33,396 nt of DNA from a virus (taxonomy: Duplodnaviria > Caudoviricetes). The notes under the pieces were generated by a model, which did not search any database, was not told the origin of the DNA, and worked only from the letters and a program-made list of their open reading frames with translations. Location of the stretch: positions 1 through 33,396 of IMG/VR virus record IMGVR_UViG_3300005837_000440; one strand, given 5' to 3'. Made by a program: the position numbers and the translations under genes. Shown piece after piece: positions 1 to 8,720 of the stretch (positions are counted from its first letter, which is position 1; every line of letters begins with the position of its first letter).

Positions 1-44
1 CTACGGGTGCTACGGGTGCTACGGGTCCCGCAGGTCCCGCAGGG
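1..44 (+). repeat. 9-bp tandem repeats encoding collagen Gly-X-Y triplets
   Basis: (CTACGGGTG) about x3, then (GGTCCCGCA) x2. Confidence 0.85.
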
Positions 45-566
45 GCGGCGGCTCCCCTTCCCGATGTTTTCATGGTGGGTATGTTACCTCCGGGTAGCGC
101 AAATATCGCAAGTGCGGCTTCTTACGATGTTGAAATAGGCGACGCCTCGATATTTGCTGTTACGGCACAGCGCGGAAGTTCAATTACCCTTGCAAGTGCG
201 TCGGGTGGTGCTACGAACAAAGTTGATTTAACGCCGGGATTGTATCAAATCACATTCAACGGTTGGGTCCAACTAAACGCAAACATAAGTGGGAGTCTTG
301 ATTATCAATTAAAAATATCAGAAGACCCTACATTCACCGCTTCCAACATTTCGTTTGATAGGAACATACAGTTCTTCGGCACAAGCGCAACAGTTACACC
401 TATTATCGACCCGTCACACAGCGTTATGTTCAACACTCAAAATCCAACGTCAATTTACATACGAATACATTGTGTGTCGGGTAACGCGCAGACGTGGTTT
501 TTACGAGGGGATGCGGCAAGTCAATTGACGAACATTTCAATTTTGAGGGTTAGCGACCCGGTATGA
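1..566 (+). CDS. Collagen-repeat fibre/spike protein, C-terminal part (5' truncated by window)
   Basis: The frame of ORF 72..566 stays open to position 3 and reads TGATGATGPAGPAG (Gly-X-Y repeats), followed by a beta-rich S/T/N-rich globular C-terminal domain. Confidence 0.75.
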   Translation, partial: TGATGATGPAGPAGAAAPLPDVFMVGMLPPGSANIASAASYDVEIGDASIFAVTAQRGSSITLASASGGATNKVDLTPGLYQITFNGWVQLNANISGSLDYQLKISEDPTFTASNISFDRNIQFFGTSATVTPIIDPSHSVMFNTQNPTSIYIRIHCVSGNAQTWFLRGDAASQLTNISILRVSDPV

Positions 567-572
567 GGTGAT

Positions 573-728
573 ATGATGATATGGTTATGGGCTTTGTTGG
601 CGTTTTGCGCGGGTTTTGTTTTAACATGGATGGCGACGATTGATTCAAAAGATTCGTTTATCATCTTTGAATCGGATGAGGAATTGCAACAAGCGTGTTG
701 GGAAGGACTACGAAAGGGTGTGAAGTGA
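573..728 (+). CDS. Small membrane protein (51 aa), not in ORF track
   Basis: GAGGTGA RBS at 565-571. Reads MMIWLWALLAFCAGFVLTWMATIDSKD... with one N-terminal TM helix. Its TGA overlaps the next ATG. Confidence 0.65.
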   Translation: MMIWLWALLAFCAGFVLTWMATIDSKDSFIIFESDEELQQACWEGLRKGVK

Positions 729-934
729 TGGGTAAACTGAAAGAACGCTTAAGTCAAACTTGCGCGGGGTGTAAAGATAAAGTTCTTGCGCGCCGCATAG
801 AGGGTCGCTATGTTAATGAACGAGAAACGCGCGTACTGATTTGGGAGTGTCCTACATGTCATCATCTTTGGCGCGAATCAAACCTCGCTACGCCAAAATT
901 CAAACAACATAAAGTGAGTGATTTGAATGTCTAA
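728..934 (+). CDS. Zn-ribbon protein
   Basis: CAGC...CPTC motifs; ATG at 728 is coupled to the upstream stop (TGATG). Confidence 0.7.
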   Translation: MGKLKERLSQTCAGCKDKVLARRIEGRYVNERETRVLIWECPTCHHLWRESNLATPKFKQHKVSDLNV

Positions 935-2342
935 AAATAAAGAAAATGTCATGAAGCCGAATAAGGAACAGAAGGGTAAGAACGCTGTTCTGATTATTGC
1001 TGTTGGTAAACATCCAAAGATGGGTCCGGGTGAGCGCAAATACAAGAAAGGCGTCAAAAAGGCATTCAATGTTCTCAAGCGAGATGACCCGCGAAAGATT
1101 GCACGAAAGCGCGCTGAACGAAAAGCAAAGTACGAAGCGCGTTTGAAACGCCGTCAAGCAAGAGAAGGTGGAGAAGGGGTCAAGAAACCTGCTCCGAAGC
1201 GTGTTGAAAACGCACCGCCAAGTGAACCACGAACGGGTGGTAGTGTCGCAGTTAGGCGAACACCGTCGAAGAAATTTGATTCAAAGGAACTACCGAAGAT
1301 TGTCGAGCGATTTTCGTTGGGAGATTCCGACAATCCATCTGAACTATCCGAAAGAAATAAGCGCGATTTAGCAAGAGTATTAAGGATAAATCCCAACCAA
1401 ATTGAGGTTGGTAACCCTGCTCTTGAGAACTCAAACGCTTTCAAGGCTCTTGAAAACATGGGTCGAATGCGTTTCAAAGAGCGAGATTTAGAACGCGATA
1501 AATTCACAGAAATGATGAGAGATGGCGAAAGAGAAGAGGGTAGACTCGGTACAGGTGTAGAAGCCGGCCTTGACGCAATGGCAAATAGATTCCCTAAGAG
1601 TGGTGGACGAAGCAAACCCGAAGCCGGCGGAGAAGAAGAGCGCGAGGCTAAATTCATGCAACGACTGCGACAGGCTCGTTCAACAAGCGACATAGAAGAC
1701 CGCGCGGATAAAAGGCGTCGTACTATTGACGAAGAGAATGAACCCAAAACCGGTGGTCTTACGCGAGAACCCGCGTTTAACATGCAACCGTTCGGTCACA
1801 CAGGCGCAAGTTTAGGTGGTTTTGCGGGGGGAGATACAGACAAACCTCTCGGTTTCAGACCTCCGCGTGTACCACCTAAACTCTCATCCCCACAAGAAGA
1901 GGAAGAAGAACCGGACTTACCGGAGTACCCTCAATTTGCAACAGGCGCACCTATGGACTTAGCATTCCGTATGCTAAAGATGTCGAAGGGCAACCCAAGC
2001 ATGGCGACTTACGAAGACGAAGGAACTATCCACCCTGCGGCTATGAATTATGCGCGCTTAGTTGATAATCCGGCAAAATATGATGACCGATTTTATGGTA
2101 GCGACACACCAAATGAAATTATAGATGCAATCACCGCCCAACCTACGGGAACTGAATTCAGCGACGCGCTTGATAAATTAACTCCTGAACAAAAGAAAGA
2201 GATGCTTGACAGGTATCGCAGGTCTGCAAAGGACGAAACGAGCCGTCAAATGAAACGAATCATGCCTCTTGATGAAGGCGAAAGAGAAGATGCGCATGAA
2301 GCGCGACATGTTCAACGGATGCCTCGACCCGGAGATGAGTAA
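927..2342 (+). CDS. Highly charged, low-complexity modular protein (putative virion internal protein)
   Basis: 471-aa ORF, K/R/E-rich; contains VKKAFNVLK and TGAPMDLAFRMLK motifs. Confidence 0.7.
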   Translation: MSKNKENVMKPNKEQKGKNAVLIIAVGKHPKMGPGERKYKKGVKKAFNVLKRDDPRKIARKRAERKAKYEARLKRRQAREGGEGVKKPAPKRVENAPPSEPRTGGSVAVRRTPSKKFDSKELPKIVERFSLGDSDNPSELSERNKRDLARVLRINPNQIEVGNPALENSNAFKALENMGRMRFKERDLERDKFTEMMRDGEREEGRLGTGVEAGLDAMANRFPKSGGRSKPEAGGEEEREAKFMQRLRQARSTSDIEDRADKRRRTIDEENEPKTGGLTREPAFNMQPFGHTGASLGGFAGGDTDKPLGFRPPRVPPKLSSPQEEEEEPDLPEYPQFATGAPMDLAFRMLKMSKGNPSMATYEDEGTIHPAAMNYARLVDNPAKYDDRFYGSDTPNEIIDAITAQPTGTEFSDALDKLTPEQKKEMLDRYRRSAKDETSRQMKRIMPLDEGEREDAHEARHVQRMPRPGDE

Positions 2343-2760
2343 GGTGAGCGAATACGAATACATCATGCACGAACCCATCACGGCGGAAGAACTCGCTATG
2401 ATGAGTGATGAAGAAATTGCGAAGGAAGTCACCTTCTGTGATTGCTGTTCACCGTTCCAAAAAGCAACTGCTGTGCTGAAAGCAAAAAAAAAGCGAAGTA
2501 AACCATTTCACGGCTACAACCCAAACAAGCATAGCCGTAAAGGTGGATTGAATGCGAAAGGTCGAGCCGCCGCGAAGCGAAAAAGCGGTGCGAATCTCAA
2601 ACCACCTGTGACAACCAAACCAAGCAAACTCAAACCCGGTGGTAAGAAGGCCAAACGCCGTAAATCGTTTTGCGCGAGAATGGGTGGCGTCAAAGGCCCA
2701 ACAAGTAAAGGAGGTAAACTTACTCCGAAAGGCGCGGCTCTTAAGAGGTGGAACTGTTGA
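2335..2760 (+). CDS. Basic protein with DUF6321-like domain
   Basis: KGGLNAKGRAA...NLKPPVT...KRRKSFCARM...LKRWNC resembles the DUF6321 marine-virus family (recognised from memory). Acidic leader ends in CDCC-PFQKATAVLK. The start at 2335 overlaps the upstream stop. Confidence 0.7.
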   Translation: MSKVSEYEYIMHEPITAEELAMMSDEEIAKEVTFCDCCSPFQKATAVLKAKKKRSKPFHGYNPNKHSRKGGLNAKGRAAAKRKSGANLKPPVTTKPSKLKPGGKKAKRRKSFCARMGGVKGPTSKGGKLTPKGAALKRWNC

Positions 2761-2948
2761 GTCAATGCGATTGCCAACATTGTTCATGCCTCAACAAAGC
2801 ATGGGATTCTATAGAAAAGAAATTATGTCCCGCAGGTAAAGCGGCGGCGAAGCGCAAATTCAAAGTGTACCCAAGCGCATATGCGAATGGGTGGGCTGTT
2901 CAATACTGTCGCGGTAAATTCAAAGGAAAGAAGGGGAAGAAGAAATGA
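2757..2948 (+). CDS. Small basic protein with YPSAYANGWAVQ motif
   Basis: TTG start overlapping the upstream TGA, GAGGTGG RBS. LCPAGKAAAKRKFKVYPSAYANGWAVQYC matches a recurrent small marine-virus protein type. Confidence 0.7.
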   Translation: MSQCDCQHCSCLNKAWDSIEKKLCPAGKAAAKRKFKVYPSAYANGWAVQYCRGKFKGKKGKKK

Positions 2949-2960
2949 TGGTGAGGATGT

Positions 2961-3131
2961 ATGAGCAACAAATTTGAATGGCTAAGGAAGCGATGCGATG
3001 AGCGTCAGTACCCCTTTTGTGGGCTTTGCTATTTAAACGGCCATACCGAACAACCACATTGCGATGAGTGTCACCCGAAGGCTGTTATTCACGAAGTCAA
3101 TTGGAGGAAGAAGTATGCGGTTAATGGATGA
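2961..3131 (+). CDS. Small Zn-finger protein (56 aa), not in ORF track
   Basis: GGTGAGG RBS. Reads MSNKFEWLRKRCDERQYPFCGLC...HCDECH.... Fills the gap and overlaps the next start. Confidence 0.6.
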   Translation: MSNKFEWLRKRCDERQYPFCGLCYLNGHTEQPHCDECHPKAVIHEVNWRKKYAVNG

Positions 3132-4791
3132 ACTGATGCTTTTAGGCGCTTTCGATAAGGCCGAACTTTCACCTTCTGCAAAGAAGCACAAAAAGGAGTA
3201 CGATACAAAGTACGAGTCTACACCCGCGCGGAAGAAATATCGCAGGGAGTTGGAGGCCGAGCGTCGTAAGCGTGGTGTCGATGGTAAGGGTGGTAAAGAC
3301 ATGAGCCACACAGCAAGAGGTACAATCGTTCCCGAAGACGTGCATGCGAATCGCGCGAGGCATTTCAAATCAAAAGGCACGTTGAAGAAAATCTATGCTC
3401 CCGATGATAGACCGAAAAAGAAGGACGGAGAAGATGACGATACACCTCCACCTGCCAAGCCTCGCACAGATTTTCGAGCAGAATATGAAGAATTGATGGA
3501 GAACCGTGACCATCCTGTTTTCAACATCCCTATCTTTTACGACGAAAAAGGAAACCCAATACCTCCTAAATACGAACCACAGGCCATAGACATAGGAGGC
3601 CCTTGTAGGTTTGAATGTGGAGGTAAGAAGGTTCATAGACACGATTCCGCGATTGGTTGCACTAACTCATGGTGCGCCGCTAATACGCCGGAAGAAATGA
3701 TGGAGTCGTCAGAAGGGCGTCCACAAGGAGAACAAGATTGGACAACTTCTCGTAAGGTAGGCGACGTTTTTGTGACACGACCCGAAGTCACAAGGGTGGA
3801 CCCCAATCCTCCGGAAGATTCTCTTGAAGCCAAAGTTGCGCGCATGGCTAATCGCCCTAACGCACCCAAACAAGACCCTCATTATCAGTTTTCTTTCAAG
3901 GATGAGGATATTTACCAAAGACTAAATGCACAAGGTAACCCTCCATCAACTTATGTGGGTATGAACCATCCCGACCTCCGAACAGGAGAGCCGATGGACA
4001 TAGCCATGCGCTTGTTGAAAGCACCACAAATGAATCTAAGCGGTCATTCTGCTGAATGCGAACTATGTGGTGCGATGATGAATGCTCAAGAAGCGTCTGT
4101 GTCTAATCAACAAATGGGTGTATCAGTATGCACACCATGTCTAATGCGGGAGCAACAAGAAATCAATCAACAAAGGGACGACGATATGATGTATCGTTCC
4201 GAATCCGTTATTGTCAATAAAAATCTCAACCGATGGTTCAAAGAGAAGTGGGTTGATGTTTCGCGCACAGGAAAAGATGGCAAACATCCTCCGTGTGGTC
4301 GAAGCAAAGCAAAGAAGTCATCGAAAGGATACCCAAAGTGCCGACCAAGTGTGAAGGTATCGAGCAAGACACCAAAAACTTCCGGCTCTATGACCTCCGG
4401 TCAGAAGCGCGCGGCTACAAAACGTAAGCGTAGTAAGAAGCAGGGTGTTGGTGGCAAACCCACCATCGTTAAGATACTCAAGAACGAAGACCCGAATCAA
4501 AGACGCTTGTTTGTTCAAGGACAGAAGACACTCGACGGACAACCCGCTTTCTCACCTACAGACTTTGCCGCACAGCAACAACGTAGAGAAGAGGCTAAGA
4601 AAGAGGCCGAAGCAAAACAAGCAAGAGCCAACGCTCAAATTGCACATGAAGCCATGACCAACGAAGAACGCAATGCGGCATTTCAAGCCAAACAAGCGCG
4701 AGCCAAACAAGCGCGAGAAGCAAATAGAAAACGTGTTGCTGTCAAAAACAAAATGCCTATTGGATTCTTCAAGCCAACAGAAGAAGAGTGA
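3115..4791 (+). CDS. Multi-module basic protein: HNH-like module, two Cys4 Zn modules, DUF5872-like module, coiled tail
   Basis: Modules: KDMSHT...EDVHANRARH (HNH-like); CRFEC..CTNSWC; CELC..CTPC; NLNRWFKEKWVD..PCGR..YPKCRP (DUF5872-like). GGAGG at 3103-3107 favours a start at 3115 or 3124 over 3064. Confidence 0.7.
   Translation: MRLMDELMLLGAFDKAELSPSAKKHKKEYDTKYESTPARKKYRRELEAERRKRGVDGKGGKDMSHTARGTIVPEDVHANRARHFKSKGTLKKIYAPDDRPKKKDGEDDDTPPPAKPRTDFRAEYEELMENRDHPVFNIPIFYDEKGNPIPPKYEPQAIDIGGPCRFECGGKKVHRHDSAIGCTNSWCAANTPEEMMESSEGRPQGEQDWTTSRKVGDVFVTRPEVTRVDPNPPEDSLEAKVARMANRPNAPKQDPHYQFSFKDEDIYQRLNAQGNPPSTYVGMNHPDLRTGEPMDIAMRLLKAPQMNLSGHSAECELCGAMMNAQEASVSNQQMGVSVCTPCLMREQQEINQQRDDDMMYRSESVIVNKNLNRWFKEKWVDVSRTGKDGKHPPCGRSKAKKSSKGYPKCRPSVKVSSKTPKTSGSMTSGQKRAATKRKRSKKQGVGGKPTIVKILKNEDPNQRRLFVQGQKTLDGQPAFSPTDFAAQQQRREEAKKEAEAKQARANAQIAHEAMTNEERNAAFQAKQARAKQAREANRKRVAVKNKMPIGFFKPTEEE
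4686..4717 (+). repeat. 15-bp in-frame tandem duplication (AKQAR x2)
   Basis: AGCCAAACAAGCGCG twice, head to tail. Confidence 0.8.
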
Positions 4792-4923
4792 TTATTCCTC
4801 TTCCAACGTTTCCATTTCACCGACTAAGTTGTTCGCTTTGTGGACAATGAAATCCATCACTCGATACAACACTTCCATCGCAATGATAACAATAGCGATG
4901 TAAACAAGAAAATCTCTCATCAT
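4792..4923 (-). CDS. Small membrane protein (43 aa), not in ORF track
   Basis: MMRDFLVYIAIVIIAMEVLYRVMDF...; start coupled to the thermosome stop. Confidence 0.6.
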   Translation of the reverse strand: MMRDFLVYIAIVIIAMEVLYRVMDFIVHKANNLVGEMETLEEE

Positions 4924-6422
4924 CACTTCCTCGCTACAATATCGTCTATGCGTAGAATTGCTGTTGCAACTTCTGTCGCGCTTGTGATAATTTGTCGTAC
5001 AAGTTTCGCGGGTTCCATGACATCGTAGTCCGACGTTTTGCAGACCTTACCGACTCCTTCGTCATCAATGTACAATCCCCAACGAGCCGGACAAGAACGC
5101 AACTCCATAACCACATCAAGTGGGTCCATACCTGCGTTAGCCGCAATAGCCGCAGGGATAATCTCAAGTGAATCAGCGTATGCTTCAAGACACATACGTT
5201 CTCTCGCGCTTAGTCCACTTTCGTTTTGAGCATAGTTACGAACTACAGTAGACGCCCTTGAAAGGGCCGCACCGCCACCGGCAAAAGCACCATCGCCTTC
5301 ATCTTCAAGATGAAGACAAACGACACCAAGAGCATCATCGAAGGCTCGCTCATATTCATCGAGTGTTTGACGTGTAGCGCCACGAACAACCATTGTAACA
5401 ACTGTTGATTCGGGAACGGTGACGCTTACATAGTCAAGGTCGCCGATACGCTCCTTTTTGATTGCTGAATCATGAACCTTCAAGTCTTCATCTGTGACGT
5501 CTGTAAAACGATGAAAACAAGGTAATCCTGTAATCCGAGTTAGTGCGTTCATGTCTGATTGTTGAAGTCTTGACACAACACCTATACCCTTAGCATCGAG
5601 ATATTTGACGACGGCTTCATGCACACCATCGCGAACCAAAAGAACATCACACATCGTTGATATTTCTTGTGCCGCATGTCCGAGCATTTGCATCTGTTGT
5701 TCTTCGATTTGTTGCAACTGCGCGGGGTCGCTTACCTGCATTTGCACCTCGCTTAAATCAAATCCTTCCAAACCACCATCGAGAAGTAAAATTCGCGCGT
5801 CTGCAAAAATTGTATCTGTTGGGATTGCGAAGTCTTTGCTCAACACCAATCCTTTATCGTAGTAGGAATCCCACATCGAACCACCTGCTTGTGTGATGAT
5901 TCGCAGTCTATCCATGTCGCCATCAATAGCCTTTGCAACTTCAACACAAAGGTCAGCCGCGCCTTGTAAATCACTTTCAGCCGCTTTTCCTCGTAGCGCT
6001 GTTTTAGCAATCGCATGCGGTTGTCCTTGTATAGCATCTCCTTCCATCCCATCCAAAGCAATTTTGCTCGCACGATTAAACGCACGAACGATTGTCTGTG
6101 GGTGAATACCTCTCAGTAGCAGTCCTTCGCTCAAAGCAAGCATTTGTCCACCGAGAACAACGACACTCGTTGTGCCGTCTTTGCATACTTGTTCTTGTGT
6201 TTGGCTGATGCCAACCATCATTTTAGCGCCGGGGTGCGCTGTGTCTAATTCTCGCAATATGGTAACACCGTCGTTTGTAACAATGGTGTGTCCTTGTTCA
6301 TCGACAAGCATCTTGTCCATTCCCGCAGGTCCGAGTGTGGACCTTACGGTTTCCGCTATGTTTACGGCGGCGCGTATATTGCTAATTTGGGCTTCTCTTC
6401 CGTTCTTTCTTTCGTCTGTCAT
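4923..6422 (-). CDS. ths: Group II chaperonin (thermosome subunit), viral
   Basis: STLGPAGMDKML, TNDGVTIL, DGTT, GGGA, EIIP..A.NAG.D and ILRIDD motifs plus a helical-protrusion segment. GGAGG RBS precedes the ATG at 6422. Confidence 0.95.
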   Translation of the reverse strand: MTDERKNGREAQISNIRAAVNIAETVRSTLGPAGMDKMLVDEQGHTIVTNDGVTILRELDTAHPGAKMMVGISQTQEQVCKDGTTSVVVLGGQMLALSEGLLLRGIHPQTIVRAFNRASKIALDGMEGDAIQGQPHAIAKTALRGKAAESDLQGAADLCVEVAKAIDGDMDRLRIITQAGGSMWDSYYDKGLVLSKDFAIPTDTIFADARILLLDGGLEGFDLSEVQMQVSDPAQLQQIEEQQMQMLGHAAQEISTMCDVLLVRDGVHEAVVKYLDAKGIGVVSRLQQSDMNALTRITGLPCFHRFTDVTDEDLKVHDSAIKKERIGDLDYVSVTVPESTVVTMVVRGATRQTLDEYERAFDDALGVVCLHLEDEGDGAFAGGGAALSRASTVVRNYAQNESGLSARERMCLEAYADSLEIIPAAIAANAGMDPLDVVMELRSCPARWGLYIDDEGVGKVCKTSDYDVMEPAKLVRQIITSATEVATAILRIDDIVARK

Positions 6423-6433
6423 TTCATAACCTC

Positions 6434-7042
6434 CTATTTCCAAAGCACCTCGTAATCTTCGATGATGCCGGAATCTGTGTGTCGCGCCTTTACAACGCCA
6501 TTTTTTCTACCATGCATGTACAAGTCGTAATTCAACTTGCAATCAGCCAAGCAGTATTTCATTACTGCACCGTACTTTCGCTCTTTCCAAGCGACGGGTG
6601 CATCTTCTGAATGCATGATTGTCTTACCCTTACCGAGTGTGTGTTTGCATACCTCATCGAGAGGGATGGCTACACCTGCTACACTACGCAATGTCCATGA
6701 TGTATCAACAACATGCTCATTCGCTTTATTGAGAAGTACACCTGCATAATGCATATCAAGCGCATCACGCAAAACAGGTAAATCAAATCCGCGAATGTTA
6801 TGTCCAACAATAACGCCACCCGCGTCTACATGCTTTTTCAAATGCTCTCCGATGGTACGAGGATGTAGTGAATGCACATGGGCGTTTGGGATTTCTATGT
6901 GGTCTTGTTTCGTAAAGATGTGTGCTTCTTCACCATCCCATGTTGCAACCACCGTTGGTTCAAACAAGTGTGTCTTATCCCAACCGCCAATCTCATGCGA
7001 GTAGTTTGCTGTTTCAATATCCAATGCCATTATTTTGCTCAC
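6434..7042 (-). CDS. DEDDy/RNase H-like 3'-5' exonuclease
   Basis: ExoI LDIET, ExoII GHNIRGFD, ExoIII YCLAD. Confidence 0.85.
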   Translation of the reverse strand: MSKIMALDIETANYSHEIGGWDKTHLFEPTVVATWDGEEAHIFTKQDHIEIPNAHVHSLHPRTIGEHLKKHVDAGGVIVGHNIRGFDLPVLRDALDMHYAGVLLNKANEHVVDTSWTLRSVAGVAIPLDEVCKHTLGKGKTIMHSEDAPVAWKERKYGAVMKYCLADCKLNYDLYMHGRKNGVVKARHTDSGIIEDYEVLWK

Positions 7043-7293
7043 TTCAATACCCCCTTGTCTTCTTGCTCACGACGGTCATATACAGCATCTACTTTTCTGT
7101 GTAGCGCGTCTATTAACTCTCTTGTTGCCACAAGATTTTTCTTAGCATTACCTGCAATGTCTGCTATAATGCGGATTGTTGTTACCGCACTCGGCATGTC
7201 TTCTAAGTCGAGAGCAACATCTCCGCCTTCAAGCACATCAAGCACATTGTTCAGTATTCTTTTGTAGTGTTCTTCTTGTTCTCTTGTGTCCAT
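7039..7293 (-). CDS. Hypothetical helical protein
   Basis: 84-aa ORF, operon-coupled, GGAGG upstream. Confidence 0.7.
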   Translation of the reverse strand: MDTREQEEHYKRILNNVLDVLEGGDVALDLEDMPSAVTTIRIIADIAGNAKKNLVATRELIDALHRKVDAVYDRREQEDKGVLK

Positions 7294-7295
7294 AT

Positions 7296-8720
7296 TTATT
7301 CCTCCTTTGGTCGAATGTATTTTGAGTTTTTCAATGTCGTTGTTTGGAATTTGTCAGCCACAGACTTGAATCGTTCATAGGTCGCGGTTTGACTGCGACC
7401 CTGTTGGCTTTGATACCGACTCATCATTTCGCTTTTTAGAATCCATCCTTCTCCACGTCCTTCAATTTCAACAGCCTTACACGTCTTGTATGCTTTCATC
7501 CATCCTTCGATACGAGCCATCTTCTCAGCCGCCTTAGCGCCGACCTCAACCTCAGACTCAAGCCATAGTACAAGTTGTTCATAGATGTCGTAAATGATTT
7601 CAGTTGCCATCTCAACATCGTCGCCGGTGACAGTCCATTCATCTTCAATGTGGATGTTGTCACGCATGATTCTTAGCATAGCAATGTGGGTTGCAAAGAC
7701 AACCGTGTACGAAAGAACGTTCGGAATAAAAGAACAAACAACATCGCTCATGTGCTTATCCATACCACGAACCAATGTGTAGTACGCGTCTACAGAAGAC
7801 ATCAATTGCGGTTCAAAATCCGGAGCAGGTGTAAACATGTGGTCCATCATTGCTCGCGCTACTTCTTCTTTCTGTGCAGGGCCTAATCCACCCCACTCTT
7901 CATGAGTCAAACCTGCTTTTAACAACAGTCTTGACCTTACCTTTTCGCGCAACTGTACAAAGTGTACAGCAATGTCATCAAGCGACATAACGTCATCTAA
8001 TTTGTTTTTGAAGACGCCACTCATTCTTCGTTCCGATACCATCTGTCGCATGTCGTCGCTCCACGGCCTGTACAAAATCAGAACACGTTGGAACAGACCC
8101 TTTGTCAAGACATACTCTTTAACACCGGCAGGTGGGAATGATGTAATCCAAAACGATACGCGCGATTCTGTTTCGACCTTACCGTTTTTCATGTGTTTTG
8201 TCAATGTGTTACTGTGACTACCGATAGGGTTCATCGCTTGTTGTAGATACAGAATGACTTCTGAAAAGAATTGCTTTGGGTTGGCTTGAAGAAGGATTGA
8301 ACCTTCATCAAAATTCAAGCACTTCTTACCTGCAAGCAATCCCGGTTTTTCTACTGTGATGTATCCACCGTCATCATCGGGTATCGAGTCAATTGAACCA
8401 ATCAACGCGCTGTCCGTTCCACTTGTGAACATGTCAATCTCGATGTTGGCTAATTTGGCTACTTCTCCTGTAAACTCCCACGCAATCGACTTACCCGACC
8501 TTGTTGCTTGAATCCAAAATACATGTACGCGAGGGTCAAGTGCGCTCGCCCATACAGGTATTCTTACTTCATCGGCAACTGTTTGGCCTTGTAGGTAAAA
8601 GAAGGATATTAGACCGGGTACTTCGTTGAAAAACGAAGTCGTTCTAAACCGTTCAAGGTAATCCTTCACGATGGGGTATTCTTTCATTATGCTGTACTGA
8701 TTCCATTGTCTTTGGGGCAT
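7296..8720 (-). CDS. MCM-like AAA+ ATPase / putative replicative helicase
   Basis: Walker A-like QATRSGKS; TSGTDSALIG...KPGLL segment (MCM-like); Walker B LNFDEG; LQQAM; Arg-finger GLFQR; DVEMA helix; possible C-terminal wHTH. Confidence 0.7.
   Translation of the reverse strand: MPQRQWNQYSIMKEYPIVKDYLERFRTTSFFNEVPGLISFFYLQGQTVADEVRIPVWASALDPRVHVFWIQATRSGKSIAWEFTGEVAKLANIEIDMFTSGTDSALIGSIDSIPDDDGGYITVEKPGLLAGKKCLNFDEGSILLQANPKQFFSEVILYLQQAMNPIGSHSNTLTKHMKNGKVETESRVSFWITSFPPAGVKEYVLTKGLFQRVLILYRPWSDDMRQMVSERRMSGVFKNKLDDVMSLDDIAVHFVQLREKVRSRLLLKAGLTHEEWGGLGPAQKEEVARAMMDHMFTPAPDFEPQLMSSVDAYYTLVRGMDKHMSDVVCSFIPNVLSYTVVFATHIAMLRIMRDNIHIEDEWTVTGDDVEMATEIIYDIYEQLVLWLESEVEVGAKAAEKMARIEGWMKAYKTCKAVEIEGRGEGWILKSEMMSRYQSQQGRSQTATYERFKSVADKFQTTTLKNSKYIRPKEE

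Noticed and set aside
3030-3066. TATTTAAA box about 26 nt before ATG 3064 as promoter and start of the 575-aa ORF
   Set aside because: It lies inside a plausible Zn-finger ORF (2961-3131), and an RBS favours a start at 3115 or 3124. Not fully excluded.
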